DNA of 43,341 nucleotides from Basidiobolus ranarum (Eukaryota): NCBI GenBank assembly GCA_040143965.1, contig JASJQH010006908.1, positions 1 to 43,341 of the forward strand, read 5' to 3'. Shown piece by piece: positions 35,601 to 43,341 of this stretch (position 1 is its first letter; each line of letters starts with the position of its first letter). The notes under the pieces were generated by a model. It saw only the letters and a program-made list of their open reading frames with translations, ran no database searches and was not told where the DNA came from. The position numbers and the translations under genes were made by a program.

Positions 35601-37693
35601 GCGACTTTCTCACAGATCATCTACACGAAAAAGTAGAAGAGATAGCCCTCCGGCGCGAGATAGGCGGATAGAAAGAAATGAGCTCAGTAAGTCCAAGCAA
35701 TCCGGTGAAGCGGTATCTTCACCTATTAGAAATAATAAGGATGACAAAAAGCGACTTAAACCCGAAGATGTTTCATCGCGAGAACGTTCTAGGCTTTCTG
35801 TTGGGTCGCAGAATAGAAAAAGCAGAGAAGATAGTGATTCTAATTCTCGCAATCGAAATCTCACTCTTTCGAAAGATAGAAGTCGGAGTCGATCAGTAGA
35901 ACGTCGAGAAACCGATCTCCAGGAAAGAGAGCGAAGTTCTTCAATGGATAAGCGAGGTGATAGACTAGATAGGAGCTCATCTACCCTCTCAGAAAAATCT
36001 TCTTTGCGAGATCGTCAAGGAAATCGTGAATCTCGAACTCAACGTAGACCTAGTCCAAGTAGGTCTCGATCACCCGTGCGCCGAAGTAGAGATCATTCAA
36101 GAGATTCCCGTCTATCAGATCGTTATGAGAAGAACTCGCAAGCTGACAACTCATCCACTCACCTCAAACCTAACGATGAGAAGTATAGTTTAAAGCCCGC
36201 TTCTGTCGCTGACAAAAAAGCTAGTGGTGTTAGGAGTAGAGGAGGTCGTGACAACAATGAACCCGACGATAGAAGGTCCAACCGTTCCAAAGATGAAAGC
36301 CGTGATAACACAGATATAGAAGATAGAAGATCCAATCGACCAAAGGACGAGGCAGACGAACAACATGCAAAGCCTCGACCAAACCTATCAGAATCGCAAA
36401 TGGCCGAAAACAAAACGAGAGAATCTGCTGAATTATCCATCCCGAAAAAGACAATGTCTTTAGCAGATTATCGCAAGCAAAAACCTGGAGCCAAAAGTAG
36501 TCATCCAGTAAATCCCAAAGATGATAGTTTCAAGGAGGTCAACTCCGAAAATGACTCTTCGAAAGAAAAAAGTGAAGCTGCTTCACTCAGCAAATCTACC
36601 GAATTATCTCCTGAATCCGTCAAGTCCTCAGGATCCGGCGCACCAACTCTATTCTCAGTCAACACACCTACTCCGCAGCAAAAGACACCGTCAAGGGATA
36701 ATGTGTATACACCGATGCGTGAGTTGGGATCATCCGCCTATAAGCCCACTACTGCAGAGATTGAGTATCATCGTATTGAGTATGTGAGGTGAGTAAATCA
36801 TATGGTATTCGGTGTAGCCAAGGTACAATATTCAAGTTTTATTCGTTTATTAGGTATAACAATCTTGCAAGAGATTACAAACGAAAGGCTGTTGAGAATG
36901 CAGAATCAGGCAACAGTAAACGTGTGAAGGAGTCAACCCCCCAGTTTTTGGCATCGTTATATGCTTTCATTAGAAGCATCGCCTGTTTCCAAGTAATTCT
37001 AAACCAACAGAAGCTTTTCACGGTTCAATCTTTGATGCTTTACATTTCTAGGTTTCTCGACATGGTTCCTACAAAGAGTGCATTAGCCACTGGGAGAGTC
37101 TTGACGAGTTCATGGCATACACTCGTCGGAAGCTACGCATCGAAAACTACACAGACTTGAATGCGTTATGGTAATCACCTATTTTTGCTCTCGAGTTGAC
37201 CACTTAACTAAGCGATCGTTCATGTTCTAGCGCCAAGATAGATGCTTTGATTAACCTAAGAATCGTTCGGCTACGACAGGCGTACTGTAACGATATTCTC
37301 ATGTCCAAAAATCTGCGTAAGCTCTCCACAAACAAGGAAGAGCAAATCCGATTAAAGGTATTCAACGATGTGGCAAATCAATGCGGCCGACAAAAAGACA
37401 CTATGGACAGAGTTCATCGAAAATGGACAGAAGGCGAGCAAATATTCACTATTGAGCGACTGGAAGCTAGATTCCCGATAACATACCGCAAATGCCACGG
37501 CCCAGAAAAGACCTTAAAATGGCCACTACTACAGGATCCTAATTTCGATGATTTACTCAAGTTTGCCGATAGTGTTTTTGACGAGTATCTTGAAAAGCAC
37601 AACATTACCTTTGAAGCCCTCCCATTCGAGGTGAATGAATATGATCCAGAGAATTACAAAAACAAAGACGAGAAAGAAAAGGAGGCATCTTAG
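32700..37693 (+). CDS. Large S/R/K/D-rich nuclear protein with helical C-terminal domain; candidate AF4/FMR2 (AFF)/Ebp1-like super elongation complex scaffold
   Basis: Continuous GT-AG exon chain from ATG 32700 to TAG 37693. The C-terminal helical domain (LARDYKRKA...YAFIRSIACF...W.SL..F...L.ALC..I.ALINLRI.RL) resembles the AFF CHD/Ebp1_C; short motifs SLVVELKY, KKTMSLADYRKQK, REEGEASD. The gene model is solid, the family call tentative. Confidence 0.7.
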
Positions 37694-38091
37694 ACATCTG
37701 TGTACAATACACCTGCGTTCAAACTCAAGAAGTCAAGCTGGGTGAGTAGCGCGGGATTTATATATGTAAAATAATTTATTTTTTCTCATGACTGCTGTGT
37801 CAATATTTTCTTGATATGAAAGTATCTGCTTTATGTTTTTCACTCAATACATATATTTAACTTTCATGAATACCAATAAATAGTGTTGTTAAAATTTACT
37901 GCCAGGAACGTTGCATTACTCTATGAAATAGAGACTTGATTCTCCAGAATCACGGGAAATCTCAATTTAATCAATAATAAACATCCCTGATAAAATAATC
38001 CTTCAGTAGCCCTGCACTATGCATACATTTTGTTTACTAAATAGTAGCTTTGTTAGTAATTTACTGTTATCACCACTTACACAAATTTCAA

Positions 38092-39014
38092 ATGAACGTA
38101 ATAGACCCTTTTAACTTCAACCGCTCTGCTACTCATTCGTCCCGAAGGAATTCCCCTCGTGCCTCCCCGAAAACTCGTAGAGTGTGGCGTGACGAGTTTA
38201 AAAGACAATGCCTGGATCGCATAAAAGAGTCACGTTGGGCAGAGCAGAATAGAAAGCGTCTTTTTCACTCTAATGAAAGCGCTTTTGGTGACTCGCCAAT
38301 GGAAGAAGAAAAGGTATGGACATGTTTATATTCAAAAATACCGGAAAGATATTTGAAATAACCAGTCATTACTTTAGTGGCTTCAAAGGCTTATATCCGA
38401 GGAATGGTCCAAATTTCAACAGGAAAAAAATCTAGCACATGCAAATGAAGTTATAGAACTTTCAGAAGAAATGGCAACTGCTCTTGAAGAAGAAATAGTA
38501 CGCGAATCTACAGGTATGTTAGTAAATTATACATTTAGAAGTTTTTACTGAAACTAAGGTCTCTCTAGATGACTACGAGGCGTTATGCGCATTTGAGGAT
38601 GCCATTCTGTCTGCAGATATGGAGAAATATGAGGAAATTCAGATGAATCAAATGGAATCACCCGAGCATGTTGAAACCTGTGTAATTTGCAACCAAGGAA
38701 CTCTACTCCAAGAATCTGCAACATCACTGAAGTGTAACAATTGTCACTTCCAAGTGGACTACCAAGTATGTACACATTTTTACAATGAGCCGACACTTAC
38801 TAATATTTCTTAAAATCTTTCAGTCATGGCAAAATATACATAATCTTAAACTCGCTCATAGGTTTGTACATGATATAAATAGATTTATTGATGAGAAGTC
38901 TGATTAACACTCTTTAGATCTACATGTCCTGGAAATAGTCTCTTTACGTTCAATGCCTCTACCGGACTTATTATGCTTTGTGATAGATGTGATTGGTGTG
39001 AAGCTGTTGTGTAA
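38092..39014 (+). CDS. RPAIN: RPA-interacting protein (RIP/RPAIN), 5 exons
   Basis: WRDEFKRQCLDRIKESR N-terminal motif, acidic middle, C-terminal zinc finger CVICNQG.L....C..C...H..TC......MLCDRCDW. Confidence 0.85.
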
Positions 39015-39246
39015 TATATATGTACCTACCGTGAGCTTGATGAATAAAAGAAGGTAGTCAAATAGGAAATTCAAATATACATTGGCTAGTAATAAGGAAG
39101 GCCAACATCCATCATTAGAAATGGAATCCTCTATGTTGGGTTAGGCAATGCAGAGAACATAACGGTGATGGAATAACGCTCTCTATTTCAAAGGTAGGTT
39201 TGTTCTTATCAGTAGCTAACATGACGGTGGCGTAAATGATCTAAGG

Positions 39247-41069
39247 TCATATAGTGGCCTTTTGAGCAATAACTAGCCCACCCACTAGTAACGAAGTTCC
39301 TAGAAGATCGCCTATTGAGGTACTAGTCGAAGAAACATCAACAAAATTGCCGAAAGCATATCATTTGGATGCACATGTAACCTTACATCATTGGCATAAT
39401 ATAGTTATCCGGATCCCGTTCACGCACCCATAATACCCATGACATCCATCGAGCAAAAAGCAATAAAACCGTTGCCTAAAGAAGATCATTATCAATAATC
39501 ACATCCACATATGTTTGCTAAGCTTTGTCATACACCCACCAACAAACAAAAGGCAGCTGTATAAATGCCAAAGACAGTAAGCGAAATGACTCCATGATCA
39601 AAACCGAAGGACTTGAGAAAACTCAGAAAGAGCCATTGGAGCAACAAGTTAACCGTAAACAAAGAGCTGAATATATGCCCATGAGGCTCAGTGATAGCAG
39701 CGTGAAGCGCAGTCGAATATCTGGAAGCACATACAGTAGCAATATTTCCAGAAACACCTATTGAGTGAACAACAATATATAAGCACACTTTCTGAGGAGA
39801 GTAAGGAAAGGATACCAACCATTTAGAACTGGGGCCAGCATGGCCAGGCCATTCAAGGGAATTATAAAGCGCTCAAGAATTACGCCCGCGAAACTATAAT
39901 CAAGAGATTAGGCCATGCTTTGATCATATGCTGCGACACATCGTTTACCTTGAGACAAACATAGCCATAACAATGGAAGGCCACCCTTCATATATCAAAT
40001 CACTGACAAATGGATTCCGATATACCATAAGAGTCCATAAAGGTAGTAATGCCAAAGCGACACACAAAACAATGGTGCAGGCAGGTGTATCTACAATCAT
40101 AACTCGTTAGACAGCAGTCCACTGATGAGAATAATTCCTAAAACATACGCAAGTATTGCATGAACACCTGGCCAAAAAAGATCAGAAGTGACAAAGTTAA
40201 TATATCTCCTAAGCCCGCTGCTAAAGGAGTGGCGATGTTATCCGGATTAATGTGAAACTTTCGACTCAATACTATAACTCCACACATCAGGATCCCCAGA
40301 ATCAGGCTACTGAGGGAAGCACACACAACACTACTTGTGATTAACAGCATCAATTCGGAAATGCCATTTGATGAAGTTCTTGCAATGTATCCAAGCAGAA
40401 TTGAAAATAACCCGGCTATGAAACCAATACTAATCGCTTGCATCTGGAGCACGGCCAAATTTCCTAAAATAATCTGACGTCTATTCTTGGGAACATCCAA
40501 GTCACCTAAATTCGCCTAAAAGAAAGGTCAGCTTTTACTATGAACCGGTGTTACGATGTAAGATCCTTACCGAAGTTGAAAGTCGGGCTGCCAAATTCAT
40601 CTCCAGATTTCCTTTGAGATTCAATAATGTAGGCACGAGAATAAAAAGCTTACTAATTCGCGTGAATATTTCCCACGTCTGCATAAGAGAATTAGCATTT
40701 AGATACCACTTGAATAAAAATAGCCATAACGTACTTTGACTGTGTCAAGTAACCACCCCGCAAGCACACACCCAATCATCCCTAGTAATAGAGAAGGAAA
40801 AATCTATACACATTTAGAGATGCTGAAATTAAACTTGAGACTCTTCTCAAGGCACTGACTTGCATAATCAAGCCCACATCTCTAGAGCTCGTCGGTTCAG
40901 ACGCTTCAGGCATGAAATTGGGTGAGTTAGGCATCAAGTAAGGATCATAATCCACTTTGTTCGTAGATTCTCTCAACGTCAGATTCTTGGGTTTTTTAGG
41001 CTCTTTCTTGGAAATAGTTCCTAGTCTTTTTGGTACTAGAGGATCAAAATCTACTTGCTGGGATCCCAT
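39247..41069 (-). CDS. SLC41 / MgtE-like divalent cation (Mg2+) transporter, multi-exon
   Basis: [67 protein letters not shown]...ASRYSTALH, DPDNY..P..TS.GDLLGT. The start could also be ATG 41105. Confidence 0.93.
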
Positions 41070-41583
41070 GGTTTCGGTAGTATCAATATATCCAAGAAAA
41101 CGCATTTTCACAGTCACGAATTCTCTTTTGTGCAAACATTGCAATAAGGCTTAGCCTCCTAATCTAAACAAGAGTTCACTCCAAGCCCAATACCACACAG
41201 AAATTTTGACTGCTATCCAACGTTTTAGGGGCAATCCTCCAGAATTCCTAGGTCACGTTTGATTTGAAATTGCATCCTTAACACAGTCATTTCTGAGAAT
41301 AAATCACAATAATATAAAATACTAACTTCCATAGTTTCGAGAATTCATTGTCTCAGATATCTATTGTTTGGCATGAAACTATTTAATCCTACAAAGCCTG
41401 ATTTATTAACCAAATGAAAGCGTTCCCCTCATCATCTCACGTTGACAACTTTGATAATTATCGGGGTTTGATAATATCGTTAGATGTCACATGTAATCCA
41501 AATTCCCAAAAATATCGTAATCATTATTATCTCCAGATACATGCTTCGTTCACGTCTTAACTTTGGCTGCGTTCACCTCAAGA

Positions 41584-42298
41584 ATGACTCCTATTCAAAG
41601 AAATCCACAAACGTATGAATATCATGAACTATATCCAAGGCGATACTTTCGACATTTTTTTAGCGTCATTTCTACTAGAACATATACAGTGGTTTCGCTT
41701 TTATTCTTTATAGCTTATATTTTGACACTAATCTCAGTTTTTGGCGCCAATTGGTTGAATTTTCGAACACCTAGTCCTTTTAAATCTAATATATATTATG
41801 GTTTGTGGAAAAAATGCTCCAGCTCCGGCTGTCGTTCTTTTCCCGATCCAGATAAAGGTGATTGTGAAGAGGCAGATTTCTGTGAGAAGTGGAGTATCGC
41901 TCAAAACAGTATGAGTGTGGCAGGAGTATTTGGTATATTTATACTTGGACTCTTAATTGCCGTTTTTTTCTTGAGCTCCAATCGCCAGGTACGTATCTGG
42001 AAATATGCAGTCCCTTGCTTGATGGTTCATGGTGAGCATATTTTTATAGTAGCACATACACCAAATATTCCCAATATAACACCTTTGCTTACAAAGATTC
42101 TTTGTTATAGCTATATGTCAACTAATACCCATGGCCATCATAGCTAATCTTTATGGCAACTCACCCCGGTTTTATTTTGGAACAACGTATGATTTTGCTT
42201 TCCTTGCTTGCATAATCAGCTGGATGCTGGACGTAGTCTGTGGCGTAATACTCTTCTCCATTGGAATGACAAGTCCCCCCGAATTTGAGTCGTTCTAA
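41584..42298 (+). CDS. Claudin/PMP22-like (SUR7/PalI clan) four-TM membrane protein, 2 exons
   Basis: TM1 followed by W…YYGLWKKC…C…C…C signature; four hydrophobic segments; intron 42032-42110; stop TAA 42296-42298. Confidence 0.8.
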
Positions 42299-43025
42299 CC
42301 TCCGTTCACAGTCTTTGTGCATAGCACAGATTCCATTAATTTGTCTTGAGCAACAAAGCCTGTCAGAGAAGCAAATGTGCACGTAGATATCGCCTTACTA
42401 GTATATATATACCACTTAGTCATATCCTTATTTAGTAACTTTTATTCGCAAAAATCATGACAACCGATCAGATATACACGAAGCCTCGGTCTACTAATCG
42501 AACCATTAATCGAGCCATTAGATTCTAGTATAGTAACTGTATATCTTCAGTCATAATTCCAAGAAGAATCCTTAGAATGTAACTTTTAATCATTACTTCT
42601 GTAAACATATTTCTATGGCTTAGGAAACCAATGGACATGAAATAAAAGTGCTGATTGACTTCAAATAAGCATTCTTGCTCCCTTCGACAACTTTAATAAG
42701 AATGATATACTACTCCAAGAGGTAATTGAAGTCATACCGTCTCCCCGTGGAAACACCCACGAAACAGATGGGTTCATTCATACCTTTCCTAGATATCACC
42801 ACCTCTCCACTCAATTAAACTAACAAAGAATAATGATGCAAGTTAATCAGTCAACCACTTGTGTCAACCACTTGTAATCATGCTTGAATGCTAAGTGATG
42901 ATAGTTTGGTTGTCTAGCTTGAATGGTTTATTACTATTAGTTAGCCACCAAAAATGTAAGAAATGATAGGTTTGAAAAAATCTGACACAACGCTTGTGCA
43001 ATTTTTATTTCAATGTCAAATTCTC

Positions 43026-43341
43026 TTAAGCAGAGGCTCTCTTGAAGAAGTTGTCGAGAGGTCCGTGCTCGGTGATATATTTAACGTAACAACCATCAGG
43101 TTGAAGACGACCGGCTTGACGCTCAATAGCATATTCCTCACGAGTGAGCTTGGTGAAACCCCACTTCTTGGCGAGAATGAGCTTTTGTTGTCCCGGGAAC
43201 TTGTACTTGGCACGACGAAGAGCTTCAATTACAACAGCCTTGTTGCTGTCCTTGGTACGGATAGAGAAGATGATTTGACCGATGTTAACACGGGCAACGG
43301 TACCTTGAGGCTTACCGAAAGCACCACGCATACCAGTTTGG
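43026..43341 (-). CDS. RPL10: 60S ribosomal protein L10 (uL16), 3' part; 5' end lies outside the window
   Basis: [29 protein letters not shown]…[15 protein letters not shown]…KKWGFT…DG.YVKY…HGPL. Confidence 0.97.
   Translation of the reverse strand, partial: QTGMRGAFGKPQGTVARVNIGQIIFSIRTKDSNKAVVIEALRRAKYKFPGQQKLILAKKWGFTKLTREEYAIERQAGRLQPDGCYVKYITEHGPLDNFFKRASA

Noticed and set aside
42895-42985. Box C (GTGATGA) … box D (CTGA) snoRNA candidate
   Set aside because: No terminal stem and no recognisable rRNA-complementary guide; would need snoscan or Infernal support.
1-43341. tRNA, rRNA, CRISPR arrays, intact transposase or reverse transcriptase, biosynthetic cluster
   Set aside because: No supporting sequence signatures seen; the long ORFs are accounted for by exons of the listed genes or their antisense/alternate-frame shadows.

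Overview
Intron-rich eukaryotic DNA from an early-diverging fungus. Fungal markers (Rax1, Ubp2) occur with genes typical of non-Dikarya lineages (SLC41, RPAIN, a Greatwall-like kinase) and with minor-spliceosome introns; a Basidiobolus/Zoopagomycota- or Mucoromycota-type genome is plausible but is inference. Reading splice sites by hand gives 17 protein genes: REEP/HVA22, GatC, UPF0303 haem-degrading protein, SRPBCC/Bet v1-like protein, YTH m6A reader, Greatwall/IRE-like AGC kinase, Ubp2, a truncated CAP/Srv2 paralog, RPS12, Rax1, CPSF1/Cft1, ZC3H3/Red5, a probable AFF/Ebp1-like elongation scaffold, RPAIN, SLC41, a claudin/PMP22-like protein and the 3' end of RPL10. The strongest signals concern splicing. 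(1) An AT-AC U12 intron in ZC3H3/Red5 sits inside a possible frame-preserving GT-AG U2 intron, a twintron-like switch of 29 codons. (2) The adjacent CPSF1 has a GT-AG U12 intron and a 6-nt microexon. (3) RPS12 has introns only in its UTRs. Also notable are the candidate super-elongation-complex scaffold, the shortened CAP, an intronless bacterial-like gene trio and a CpG-free left edge. No rRNA, tRNA or CRISPR was found. All family calls are by motif recognition from memory; no searches were run.
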